DNA of 64,000 nucleotides. Origin: Macrostomum hystrix (taxonomy: Eukaryota > Animalia > Platyhelminthes). Positions within the stretch are counted from its first letter, which is position 1, and each line of letters starts with the position of its first letter. The notes beneath the pieces are model-generated. The model ran no database searches. It had not been told where the DNA came from and saw only the letters and a program-made list of their open reading frames with translations. A program made the position numbers and the translations under genes. Positions 23,577 through 36,740 of this stretch are shown here, piece by piece. The stretch covers positions 7,626,001-7,690,000 of the forward strand of contig CATNEN010000007.1 in assembly GCA_950097015.1 (NCBI GenBank), read 5' to 3'.

Positions 23577-26500
23577 TCAGTAATAGTGCTGTCCGTTGTT
23601 TCCTCCAGGAGCAGAAAGCGGTTGCATCGGTTGAGACATCACTGGCAGCATCGGCTGCTGCATTTGCTGCTGCATTTTCTGTGGTATTTGTTGATGCATT
23701 GGTTGCTGCAATTGCTGCTGCATCGGCTGATGCATTGGCTGTGGCAGCAGTCTGTGACTCGGGCGCCTTCCAACGGCTCCCACAGCAGCTGCGGCCTCAC
23801 CTGTCGAGATGCCGGAGTCATTGGACGACACGGCCTCAAAGCTGGCCTGCTTTACCACATCTAAATTGTTTGATTCATCGACGATAGCTACGCCACAGCC
23901 GCAACCGCCGAAGTCGCCAAGGCCCCCGCTACCGCCGCTGTCGCCGCTTCCAGAAGAAGGATCGGTGCCGCCCGCGTCACGCTGAGAAATACTCATTTGA
24001 TAGCTGAACAACTGCTTCTCCAAACCGTAATTCTCCGACTGCAGGGCCGATACCTCGCGACTAGGGAGTGGATTTTATGGGTCCTTCCATGTAAATTTGT
24101 TTAAAGCATTTTACAGCCATTGTTTTTTTCTTGAGCAAACTTTGGAATTTTAATGAGAACCGAATGAATACGCTTGGTTTCAATTCATGATGCTGCAACA
24201 AACCTCATCTGGTGCTTATGAAGCCGAATGATGTCGTCATAGTGGTGATAGAAGTCGTGATAGACCAGGTGCGAGTGCAGCCATTCGATGTGTACCGTCA
24301 GGCAGCCGGTGCGAGGTTCCGTGTACCCGGCATTGTCGTCGCAGATCTGGTGATGGGGCGAGGCGTTGACGACTGGGGATTGTATTGTAAATAGCTCGTC
24401 GGTCTATGCTCAAAGATATGAGGAATAGTTTGTGGTCTATGCTCAGAACATAAGGGATATTAGTTATGCCAGTTAAATCAGTAAGGGCGTACAATTAATA
24501 CCTAAGCCTAAAAACTTGAGGGGTTTGCGGCTAAGAAATGCTCGAATACAATCTGATGCGGATCAGGCTATCTGTTCTCAAAGAGTGTATTGAGCGTGCT
24601 GTAAAGTGGGACGTCATACCAGCATCAAAGCAAACAAGAATATGTCAGTCCCTGCCTTGCAAATTCTTTCTTCTTGCTTCTTGCTTGCTTGTAAGAAACA
24701 AACAAATGCCTTTATTTCCCGCCTGTTGTTAACGTTCTGCTTCGGCAAGCATTTTCTGCGTGACTTACCTGCCCCAAACACAGCGCAGCCCCAGTCAAAG
24801 GAAGACAAGGCTTATACAGAGTGAGGCAGACAAGAGGAAACGAGCTTGAAAGACTGAGAAGGAGGAGTAGGGGATAACGACCGATGGAAATGGACGAATG
24901 TGCATATGAGTTCTTCTGCTCAACTGACGCAAGATTACTGTTCGTCACTTTCGATTTTTTTAAAGGATTTTGAGAACAGACAAAGGTCTGAAAGGGGTGA
25001 ATGAGGAAATAAATATATACTTCAACGTATATATTTTTCCACACAGATAAAGTCAGATTAATTTTTTATTAGTACATCTTGCGAAGTACATCTGAAAATA
25101 TAAAATACCATGACCATACCATACCCAGGTCCTTGAAAGATTTCTTGTAGGACTACCAAGCCATTTTGCCACCCGTTTTTATACCAAGGGGGCCCCTGAA
25201 ATTTTTTTGGCAGCGCCTATGCCAACAGCGTTGGGGGGTGACTGATTGGTTGACAGACTAGACGATGGTGTACTGCGGTTGAGCTGCGCCTAGCATTTTG
25301 GCTTGAGCAGTGAAAGTGAAGAAATTCGCGACAGGGCGTCCATAGTGGCCTATTTCCACCAGTTGTAGCCCTTCAAGGTCCAGCAAATCCGTCTAGATAA
25401 AGGTAAGTGACCACCAAAGCCGGAGATGATGCAGGCACATTCGGGTGACATGCTGATTCATTTTGAAGGCCTGGCAAGGCCTTTAAAATTGAGGCGCAGT
25501 GCTAATTAGTGTATAGGGGTGTATGAAATACACTAGCACTCATGGGAAAAATCTGAGCCTCGACCAGAAACATTGAATATCTCAACGGTGTGAAGAGCTG
25601 GCGACTTGATTGTTGTTTCAGAGGACGCGCAGCAAAAAGTTGGCCTCGCTCTAGAGTTTCGTGTGCTTGCGTTTTTCCATTCGAGTGCAGCACAAAAATT
25701 GTCGGGGGGGAATTTGCCCCTCCCCCTTGGTAGTTCACTGTTAAAAAATGAGTCCCTGCGTATTTTGTAGTCAATATTTGTCCCTGTACAAACCCGTTAA
25801 CCGCTCTGCCAGTAGTACCCAATAAAGGTACCCGATTACTGTATGTAAATTTAAATTTCCAGTGTGAATGAGTTACATCTTCTGTTTTATAAATACGTCG
25901 GCTAAAACTGAGAATCCAAACAAATTTTATTAATGAGTTGCAGCAATAAGGGAGGCACTGCTAAATGTGACAATTATTGCTATTTAGGGCGGGGGCAGTC
26001 CAGACTGAGGGCTGCCCTAATCCATCTGTCTCTCACGGGGATCAGTGAGTTGCCTCAGTTAGCATTAATTAAAGCGGAGTCAGTACTGACCGGGCCCATA
26101 GCTACAAGTATACATTTATCCCGTGAATGCGGATCTGCAAGTATTTTGGGAACGAGACGACAGGCGAGTTTATTCTTGTCCTTCATGCAATATTCTATTT
26201 CTTGCCCTCGCAGATCCATGCTGCTTAATAGCTTGAGAATGGGCAGAGCAGGGGGATAGCCAGCGGTTTGGCCGCACCTGGCTGGTCGTAGCGGATGCAA
26301 ATAAATTCCCCGGTCGATATGAATGCAAAGATTGCAAACTTAGCTGTTTCTGCTGCTGCTGCTGTTGTATAGGCGATCAACCGCAGGTATATTACTATAG
26401 ATTAGAATTCATTATGCTGTCTAAATGTGAGCTGTCTGACCAAGGCTCAGCAAGTGACGGAGGGTGAGAGAAAAGAAAAAGTTAGACTGCCCAGACAGTT

Positions 26501-29500
26501 GCCACTAATTAGCGGGGCAAGGTAGATACGAATCGGGACAGCCGGACTCCGGGCGGGGCGGTGGGGAAAGAGGAGAATAAGGAGTGAGCGGGTGGTAACC
26601 GAGTCAGGGGAATGTAATTCATGGTACCTGCCCACAAAGTGGTTCGCCTGTTTCACCTCTCGCCCCAGGTTGCCTGACACACACAAGGTTTGCTGAACCT
26701 GATCTTCTGCCGTGGAAGCACCTTTTCTGCTTCGCCTAAGTATCTAGGTGTGGCACATCGACACCCTTATGCTTGCGCCTATAGTGCTAGGCGCAATATA
26801 CAATATGAGCACAGCAAGTCGTGTGGGTTTCTGCAGAAGCGGGAGGATCCTCCGCATGATTGTCTCCGATTTTTGAAGCACTGGAGTGCCGCGGTGTGCC
26901 TCGCGCTCTGCAGCTCTTCAGGACATGACACGAATTACTTGATTTTCTTGCTCAAGCTAACCGGTTCCTTCCAGCTTGACTCACTCAAGCACCTACTCAA
27001 GAAATCCTGTGCGCAATTCAGGATGCAGCACCGCTGTACTCAGCTCACACCTCAGCCTATGATGATTTCCAGGTACTCATGTATGCCTCATGAAATTATG
27101 CTTCTCAATTCTATCGTGTTCCAACTTAACTTTATCCCTCATCTTGAGATGCTTCGTTCGACATTTGGCTCAATAAAAATATTGAACAATAGGCCATTGT
27201 CTATACTCAACAAAAACTCATTGAAACCTGAGTGATGACGATGAAGTTTACATTTTCTAGTCACATTAGTAGTTTTCAAGTGGGCAATGCCTCCAATCAA
27301 TTTAATCGAAGCCTGCCTCCTTCATTTCCGTTCTCAGCTGTCAGTGCACAGGTAACAGTCAGTGCAGTGCTGTAGCCAGCAACCGGAACGTTTGACATGA
27401 GGTTCTCTGATGCCGCAAATTTATGCATACGAGTTCTCAAAGCCGGATTTAGAGTCTACCGGATGGCGCCTCTGGGATAAAAATGGCCATCAATGGTCAC
27501 CAGGCCAACACTGACTGAGCTCAGAGCTGAGCTCAGTGGACCAATTGATTAAACCCTGTCAGCTGAGTCCCATGCTGACGCGGTCTGGTTTTTGTTAGCA
27601 CAGGCGACTGTGAGCTTAGTGCTCAAATCAGATTAACCTTCAACAGCCTATACGCTCGCCATCCCGTGACCTGATTGATGAGCTGTGCTGGGATCTGGCA
27701 TCTGGCGAGGTCCATTCAGTGCACAAAACTGATTTCAGGGAAAGTGCCCTTGTCAACATGCGAGCTAATCTAAATGACTCGATTTCTGATTAGATCCAGT
27801 CAATTTCTCAGCCGCACTTTATTAGCTAGAGAATATTGAGAAGTGCTAAACAGTAAAAGCTAGCTCGTTAAGAACGCGGGACCCACATTTCGTGTCACTT
27901 CGGGAATTCAGAAATTTGCTTCTTAGTGAGTGTCGCAGACGGCAATTTAAGTTCACAATATTTGTCATCAAGGACAACTGAAGTAGCTAACTATACGAGT
28001 TGTCCTTGGGTTTCATAGGTTATGTCAATGTTCGCATTGTTTAAGACCAAAGTGACTCGAGAAAACTCACAAAAGGTTTAATGAATAGCACTGTGTTCCC
28101 CGGTATCAGTGACCCATTGGCAGTTGTACCCGTAGCATAGCTTTTTGACTTTCACTTGTAGGTGTTTTTCGTCCAGTCGTCGAAACAACTACACCGCAAC
28201 TTAAATATTCTGTTTATCAAAATCTGTCGTGTGAGGTGTTAGTCGAGGCTGTAGGACTCTGCTAGAGCTGGTTCACTCATCGCAGAGCCAGAAAGAAAGT
28301 ACATCACAGCCATTGTGGCTGAACTAGTATCCCGTTGCACTGAATTTGTCTAGTTATCTAGTTGTGTGCGGGTTAGGCCATAGACATTCAGGGCACGTTT
28401 CCGCCAAGGATTTGTCATTACAGCAGTTGCACTTTAAGATGCCATACTTGGCTGAGCTTTTTGCTCGCTGCTGGCTTGATCAGTGACATTACCTAGGACA
28501 ACCCCCGAAAATATAATATATATATACAAGTATTTAAGTCCTCAGAAATAGCATGGCACTTTAATCACCACGCAAGTCATCCTTACCTCCTCAACTGGCA
28601 CTTCCACCTCGACCTCAAAGCCGCCGTCGCCGTTCTTCTGAGAGTAGTAACCGGTGAAGGGGCCATTGAGCGCTGGCACCGGCGGCCTGCCCGTGCCGGC
28701 GGGCATCACGCACGCGTTCCAGCTGACCAGCCGGGCGAAGTGACGCGGCACATTTTTTCACGTCGCTGTAGAACAGGCGCAGCCGCAACTGCCGGCCGAG
28801 GATGTCACTCTCTACCACCCACTGCTGCTTGTCAGTGTCGTAGCACCTGGCGGCGCTCTTGTTTCTGCTGGTCGGGATCAGATCCACTGGGGTAACTGGC
28901 CAAACTGATAGCAGGGAGATGCTGAGTCTCAGCGGCAGTCGAGGGCTGAGGCTGGCAAACAAGCCGGCAGCCGCCTGGCCGATAGCCTGCGCTGGTCCGT
29001 AGCCCTTGGCGTCCAGCAGCTGGTCGATAGTTTCCGTATGGTAGACGCAATCGCCCGCCTGGAAGCTCGCCCGATAGCGAATGCGGCACAGGTGATCGAA
29101 GCTGTTGTGCCTCTGCATGAGAATGCTGGGTTGGCAGGGCCGCAGGCGGCCAAGACCGTCAGGCTCGCGGACGTTGACAACGAGGTTCCAGTCGCAACTG
29201 GCGAAGGTGAAGTAGGAGCTTTCAATCCGTTCGGCGTCTATCTGGTCTCTGGCCTCTCTATGCTGCTGTTGGATCTCCTCTCGGAATTCTGTGCCAATGC
29301 TGCGCAGCTCGACTTCAACCAGAGCCCGACCATCTGGGAACATGAAGCCGCGCTGTTCTAGGTCTGCGACGCACAGGAAGGTGGCCCGTCCCAGGTGGGT
29401 GCAGCCGGGACTAAACACTGCGCTCCGCTCCTGGTAAGTCTCATTGCCAGTGAAATGGTTCCGGTTGAGCACAGTAAAGCTGAACTCGACGCGCACTTCT

Positions 29501-29745
29501 GTCCGCTCGGCGGGACTCCGCAGCTCCAGGAAGCAACCAAGATGGCGTTCGTCTCTGGTGAACACGACTCGCCATTTCTGGTAGGCATAGACAAAGTCTT
29601 TCGAACTGCACTCGGGCAGGTAACCCTTGAGAAGATGTGGCGGAAGTATAAACGTGAACACCTGCGTGCTATGCCGGTCGTTCAGAGACACGCAGCGGTG
29701 CAGGAATGCAGCTTGTGTTGGCCTCTGTGAGCAGGCTTGGGTCAT
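23577..29745 (-). CDS. Uncharacterised invertebrate MATH/TRAF-like beta-sandwich protein with C-terminal coiled coil and Q/M/P-rich tail; exons 29745-28587, 24346-24204, 24060-23577; apparent +1 frameshift at 28753-28758
   Basis: MATH-like blocks STQVFTF..SKDFVYAYQKWRVVF..LGCFLEL..FSFTVLNRNHF and ESSYFTFASCDWNL. After removing one A the frame continues FYSDVKNVPRHFARLVSWNA..GPFTGYYSQ. Downstream exons give HIEW..FYHHYDDIIRLHKHQMSREVSALQSENYGLEKQLFSYQMSI. Intron phases 0 and 2 are compatible. Confidence 0.82.
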
Positions 29746-32180
29746 TGCGGAGCAGTCGCCGCGGTTACTTTGTCATGCGGCTTCTTATTGTCCGGATACA
29801 CGCTCAGCTTTTCTTGGGAGACCTTTTGATGAACTCAAACGCTTAATATGTCTTACCTTCGATAGAATAGGCAGCTTACAATGGGGAGATAAGATCAAGC
29901 AGGGTATTTCACTTGAATTACGGGAGGGCTTAGAAATGTGCGCAAAGGGACGCATCTCTTTTAGCCTCCCCCATGCATGCGAGTCCATTGCCGACTAAAG
30001 GGTGCACGAGCGACCAATAGGAGAATGTTTGAAGGCTTCTTTGCCCAAGATGCACACTCGTACTCAGATTGAAGAATGCTGCAAGCAATGCTAACTTTAT
30101 TTTCCTGAATGCAGAGCAGCTTTTTGTGAAGCACAGTCAAAGCATTTCAACATATTCCTGAGTAAGGAACTACATGAGCACGTGCCACGGAGCACATTTT
30201 CGAGCTTGCGTTGACAATAAAGCTCGCAATATATAAGACAAGAGGAATATGGAGGATATATTGCTGAAACTACGTAATGAATGTTTTGGTTTGCTCAAAA
30301 TTAGCTCAAAATTAAAGCACACTGCAAAACAACATTTTCCTCCACAATGCGTAGCTAAGGTTGTAGCTAAGAATTCAGTCGCAATGAAGTGAATACTCGA
30401 ACTGCTCAGAATACGGATATGCCACCCTTCGAGTCAATTGAGATAGACTGGGGCCTTGAAGGCCGGCCTGAAGCCTTTCACCTTCCTTTGTAGCGCACGC
30501 AAGGAAACATTAGCTGATGGCTCCGAGGTTCCACAGATGAAGGCTGAGACTGCGATTCCACCTGCGGGCTATGATCAGCAAGCCGTCATCCGAGAATCCA
30601 CGCGTGCCTGTCCGTATCAAATCCCAAGGGATAATCCCCCGCTGCGAATTGTCTAATCTTTGGATTCGAGGGTCGGATCGGTGCTCGGTTTCTGCATAAT
30701 TGTCATTTAGGAGATCTCTGCCCTAGCAGCACAATATGGGGATGCCGTGTACTCGACGCCCGGAAGTTAAGCTGTGCTGCTGATGAGCTGGGTCGGTGTA
30801 GCTCACAGATCGACTTTAGCTTACGACCTAATCTTTGAAAGCTAAATTCTGGTTACTAGAGGCTTGATCATATTTGATATTCATTATAACTTTAAAGAAA
30901 AATGATTGAGTGCTTCTAGGGTCAGGCAGCAAGCTGCGAGCCTGTGTGTATCTCGAACGAGTTTGAAATGCACACATCAGAAAATTAAAAATTAAAAACG
31001 GTACTTTGAAGCTCGCATTTACGCTCGTATAACTGACGAGTGATAAATTTTTGCGAAGCTGGCATCCCGCCTAACGAGCTGCAGGTCCAAAATAAAGTTT
31101 TATTTGTGCCTAAACCTGCCATTAAAATGAATTTCGATTTAAAATGATTTAATGTCTGCAACACGACTCAGGCCAAGGTCACTATAATGCAAGTCAAACA
31201 TGGGGATTATGCTTCTAATAAAAGCAAGGGTTTAATTAAAGACGATTTTATAAGTGTAGCTAAGATAACTCTAAAGAAACGTCCATTAATCACTAAAATG
31301 CTTAAGATTAGTTGAGTCTTATACTTAATCATTGACAAGTTTTATGATATCACTATATTCACGATATACATTTTATTTAGCCTTTAAAGTAAAATATGCA
31401 TTTAGTTGACTCATTGCTAGGTGTTGGCTTATTAAAAGAATTCAATTAAACACTTAAAACACACAAATTTGGATATGGTGCACAAGCTCAATTAATCGCA
31501 TACTTATTTCAGGTTTTGACAATAAAGAAGATTTCCGAACGGTCCTGGAAAGATCTTTGCTAAACTCACGTCTGGTCAATTTTTATACATAGTTTGGTGT
31601 ACATACTGGCACCAAATATATACTCAGTAGTATATACTTGTAGTAGTCACTCCGTTCACAACAGTACCTACGATGCGTAATATACAACTGCGTAATATTT
31701 TTTCTCGTATTGAATACTCATACGAAGTCCATTCTCGTCCGTGAGCCTAAATTTCTACAAAGCTCTAACTGTCCATGTGTTAAAATAAAAAGGCTTAAAA
31801 TTAATTGTAGCACAAAGCTTTTGCAATGCGCCTCGAAAAGCGCGCGATTTCAAATGATGCTTGTTCTAGGATTTTCAAAATAGAGTTTCTATTTATAACT
31901 TTTCCAAAGAAAACGATCCCGATTACGATTCTAAATCTTAAACATCGTTAACTTAGTGCTGCTAGCTAGACGCTACTTTGATTTGAAAAGTATTTTCAAA
32001 TAAGCATTTATTTGGAAGTTTGGTCTTAATTCTTTTCTAGTATTTATTCAGCTGTTATTGATAAGGTTCAGTCACAATCAACCGTCTGCTTTTCAAATAA
32101 AAGTTATTGTCTGCTTTTAAATTTTTAGCTTACTAGCTATCGCGTGTTTGCAGGTTTAAACAATATTTGACAGAAAAAGC

Positions 32181-35003
32181 ATGGAGCAGTTTGACCAGAC
32201 TTTTCTTGAAAAGCTGGCATCTTTGAATGGAACTCAAGCCAGCATTCAATCTTTATCCACGTGGTTAATACAGAACAAAACAAAGTGTAAACATGTTGGC
32301 AAATTGTGGTACAAAGAACTTAAAAAGGGTAAGAGTCTTTGTTTTTGCACTCAAGTAGTGAGCATTCTAATTTAACATCTTTCAAATTAGGAGTTCAATT
32401 TAAGATTAGAGGCATATCTAGCTCTTAAAGTTAGTTTATAAAGTTAGGCACAAATGTATTTTTATTTGTTTCATTATCTTTTCTGAAAGAGGAAATTACT
32501 TTTATTCACTTTTTTCACTAAAATATAACACTTTAAGCACAGAAATTATATTTTGTTGCTTCTTACAAACATTGGATACATTATTTGAGAGCTGTATCTA
32601 GGTCTATGAGATATTGAGATTATGTGTGCTGTGTGCATGGGAACAACAATTTAGGCCTTTAGAAACATACTCTATTGGATTTGTCATTATTATAGGTAAT
32701 GTGGGAGCTGACTGATTGACTGGAACTAACAACTTTGTTACAACACTTGTTGAACTCATTAGTTAGGCCTACTGCTACACAAATATACTAAAGTCAAAGG
32801 CAAAAGGCAGTGGTGTCAAGTGTTCAAAGTATAATTGAGTTTTGGAAACATGAAAATAAAATTTCTGTGCTTAAAACTGTGTTTTAGTGAAATATAATTA
32901 AACAAACTAAAACAATGTTGTGTTTATCAAAAATAAATTAGTGAAGAAAAATACATTAGTGCCATAAGTTCTAGGCATATATTTTTCTTTGTCCTAGCAA
33001 GTTAGTTTATTTATTCTATTAGGACATCCCTTTGTAAGAAAATTTTAAATAGCTGTGGAAGTTACAAAAACTACTTGTTTTTGTTTCATAGGATTTTTAA
33101 AGCTAGCTGGTTCCTTTTTTAGTAAACCTCAAAGCTAGGACAATTATAGACATTGCTGCCATGTCAGTAACATTGATTCATGCTTTGCTTTTGACATGGT
33201 ACCTATGTCTATAATTTTGGAACTTAAGGCATAATAGTAATAATATTGAGTTGTTGGCAGTTATTTCTTAAGGGATCTTCAAAAGATAGTAAATTGTACT
33301 AATAAATGATGTATTTATATGTCTCACAGTTTAATTTATATACTTATTAACCAGTTTGTCCTAATTTGCAGTACATGTATGGCTAGGGCACTTGTGATTG
33401 GTTGACATTTTCATATTTACATTGAAATTTTTATACCATCCAGGTGTACCACAACACTTTTGCAGCCATATATGTTTTAGGAGGGTAAAATATTGAATTT
33501 AATTTGTACACTTAATTGGAAGTTGTGGATCTATCTTAGTGACCCAAGTTAAAATCATTGCTGCAACACTGTATTTATTTACAAGTTTTCTATATTTAAA
33601 AAAGTATTTTAGTACAACTTGGTAAAATAGCAAATAATTTGGTAAGTTTTAGCAGTATTTTGTTGAATACAAAATAATGACTTGTGTCCTTTATTTGGTT
33701 AGAAACTAAATAGATAGATTTAGTCGGTGTTTTAAAACATTTTACTGACTGAATTATTTTTATCAGTTGGTTTCTTTAAATGAAGGAATTTTCATATTTT
33801 TAAATAACAAAATCAAATCTGTGCCTCACCTTGTCTCCCCATCCCCAACCAGTGCACCGCAAGCGGAAGCTAACCCTGCTCTACCTCATGAACGATGTAG
33901 TACAGAACAGCCGCAAGCAGGGCCCAGAGTACCTGCGCGTGTTCACTTCTGTCCTGACGCACGCCATGAAGGACTGCGCCAAGGCCGCGGACGCCAAGGT
34001 CATGGCCAGCCTGGACCGGCTAGTCCGCATCTGGCACGACCGGCACGTGTTTGAGCCCGACCAGCTGCAGCACTGCCGCCAGATGCTCGACAAATTTTCC
34101 CATCGCACCGCTGGCGCCGGCGATGACAATCGGCGCAGTGTCGGCAACCGATCAGCCGCGTCAGCAACTACAGAGAGCACCTCGACTACCACCACGGCTG
34201 TTGGTGTTGCCGTCGGGCAGGACGACGATGATGACGTCGAATTCGACGAAGAGGAGGGCAGCGATGATAGTGGCCAGGATGGCCCGATCAGCCCGGCTCT
34301 GCGCGACGCTGGCGTCGGCAGCGACGACGATGACAATAACGGCGTCGGTGTCTCCGTGTCAGCCGGCAGTCTAGGCAACGGCGGCACCGGCGTTGTCGGC
34401 ACGTCCATTGCCGCTGGCTACGGCAGCATGGCCAGCGGCGTCGCCGCCTCTGCTTTGAAGCTACGCGCCGGTCTAGCCGAGGCTCGCGAAGCGGCAGCGG
34501 CGGCGGCTGCCGCAGCTGCTGCAGCCGAAGCGGAAGCCTCCGAAGAGCAGCCGGACTCGGATCGGATCCTGGCTGAGCTGCAGTTCCTGGCTGCGGCGCC
34601 CAGCGGCAGCGCCGAGATGCGTCGCAGAATTTCCCGTTTCCCAAAGCACATTGTTGAGGAGGCCTCCGTTGACGCCTGTCGCAACCGGCGCGACTGCCAG
34701 CGACTCCAGCGCGAGGTTGCTCAGGCCGATGAAGTCTGCTCCGCCTACAACGACCAGCTGGCCGGTGAGGTGGCCCGGCGACGTAGCTTCCACGCCGACC
34801 TGCGCGCCTACTGCAAGCTGCAGCGAGCCGCTTTGGCCGCCGGCCAGCGACGGCTTGAAGATCAACGGCGCCGTCTGCGGGAGCTGCGCAACCTTCGGCA
34901 GGAGCTCAGCTCGCACCTGGCCAACTTGCCGGATCTGGCCGCATTGCCGGCCGTCTCAGGAGGCCTGGCGCCGCTGCCCAGTGTTGGCGACCTGTTTAGC
35001 TGA
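32181..35003 (+). CDS. RPRD1B: Regulation of nuclear pre-mRNA domain-containing protein 1 (RPRD1A/B; CID plus CREPT coiled coil); exons 32181-32328 and 33853-35003
   Basis: CID motifs LNGTQASIQSLSTWL..WYKEL | RKLTLLYLMNDVVQNSRK..RLVRIWHDRHVF; C-terminus YNDQLAGE..ELSSHLANLPDL..GGLAPLPSVGDLFS. Phase-1 GT-AG intron. A versus B paralogue cannot be resolved. Confidence 0.93.
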
Positions 35004-35585
35004 ATTACCAGCTTGTCAGAACCAAATAGCTGCTAGCTAATGCACACTACTTATAGTAGGATTGCCCGCATATACTATATTTCTATTACAAAGTTACAGT
35101 TCGCACAGTCAAATGTAATGTTGCAGGTTAATCCTTATTGTGCATGTTAGTCAGTGCTAGCAACAATTTTTTCTCTGTGTTGTTCCACTGATCTTGGTAA
35201 ATCCCCCCAGTGAGCATTTGTACTCGGCGCAATGCATTAATGAAATGCTCGAGTCAGTTCCGCTTTATCCAATGACGCTAAAATTGTTAGCCGCGTGTAT
35301 TTAATTTGGTACAGTTTGACAGCTGCTACAGTGAAAGCCTATTTGACAGTTAAGTAAGATGTTTCTTGTAGTTCGCTGATGCCATCCTTCGATTCAATAG
35401 CTTGACTGCTATTGTCTGCAATCTAATTACATTATCTGGATTCTGGCCATGCTTCATTCCGAATTGGCTTTCCAATTCGTTTGCCTGATGTCTGGTGTTC
35501 CGCTTTGTTTAAATTAATTCCTGAAAGTTGCTAAGTTAAAATTTATGTTCTATTCCTTCAGCTGTCCTTTTACTTATCCTTAAGT

Positions 35586-36740
35586 TATCCTGTGCCCTCC
35601 CACCTGTCCTACAGGCATCCTGTGCCCTCCCACATGTCCTTCAGGTATCCTGTGCCCTCCCACCTGTCCTACAGGTATCCTGTGCCCTCCCACATGTCCT
35701 TCAGGTATCCTGTGCCCTCCCACCTGTCCTAAAGGTATCCTGTGCCCTCCCACCTGTCCTTCAGGTATCCTGTGCCCTCCCACCTGTCCTTCAGGTATCC
35801 TGTGCCCTCCCACCTGTCCTACAGGTATCCTGTGCCCTCCCACCTGTCCTACAGGTATCCTGTGCCCTTCCACCTGTCCTACAGGTATCCTGTGCCCTCC
35901 CACCTGTCCTACAGGCATCCTGTGCCCTCCCACATGTCCTTCAGGTATCCTGTGCCCTCCCACCTGTCCTTCAGGCATCCTGTGCCCTCCCACATGTCCT
36001 TCAGGTATCCTGTGCCCTCCCACCTGTCCTTCAGGCATCCTGTGCCCTCCCACCTGTCCTTCAGGTATCCTGTGCCCTCCCACCTGTCCTACAGGTATCC
36101 TGTGCCCTCCCACCTGTCCTTCAGGTATCCTGTGCCCTCCCACCTGTCCTACAGGTATCCTGTGCCCTCCCACCTGTCCTTCAGGTATCCTGTGCCCTCC
36201 CACCTGTCCTTCAGGTATCCTGTGCCCTCCCACCTGTCCTACAGGTATCCTGTGCCCTCCCACCTGTCCTACAGGTATCCTGTGCCCTTCCACCTGTCCT
36301 ACAGGTATCCTGTGCCCTCCCACCTGTCCTACAGGCATCCTGTGCCCTCCCACATGTCCTTCAGGTATCCTGTGCCCTCCCACCTGTCCTTCAGGCATCC
36401 TGTGCCCTCCCACATGTCCTTCAGGTATCCTGTGCCCTCCCACCTGTCCTTCAGGTATCCTGTGCCCTCCCACCTGTCCTACAGGTATCCTGTGCCCTCC
36501 CACCTGTCCTTCAGGTATCCTGTGCCCTCCCACCTGTCCTACAGGCATCCTGTGCCCTCCCACATGTCCTTCAGGTATCCTGTGCCCTCCCACCTGTCCT
36601 ACAGGTATCCTGTGCCCTCCCACCTGTCCTACAGGTATCCTGTGCCCTCCCACCTGTCCTTCAGGTATCCTGTGCCCTCCCACCTGTCCTACAGGTATCC
36701 TGTGCCCTCCCACATGTCCTTCAGGTATCCTGTGCCCTCC
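35586..36740. repeat. 30-bp minisatellite (ATCCTGTGCCCTCCCACCTGTCCT[A/T]CAGG[T/C]) x~38
   Basis: Near-perfect tandem units; the rare variant GCCCTTC recurs in units at 35861 and 36281 (420 bp = 14 units). Confidence 0.97.

Noticed and set aside
26690-27235. 181-aa plus-strand ORF inside the MATH-like gene intron
   Set aside because: Non-ATG start, no codon bias, no recognisable domain or transposase/RT motif.
28298-28325. miR-2-like sequence CATCACAGCCATTG
   Set aside because: No complementary arm at pre-miRNA distance.
31836-31856. E2F/CHR-like motif GCGCGCGATTTCAAA upstream of RPRD1
   Set aside because: Plausible, but short motifs in AT-rich DNA are not significant without TSS or conservation data.
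33881-35040. Several long antisense or alternate-frame ORFs over RPRD1 (similar ones over MPC1, the nuclear receptor, TCF19 and the MATH-like gene)
   Set aside because: Expected shadows of GC3-rich coding sequence; no independent motifs.
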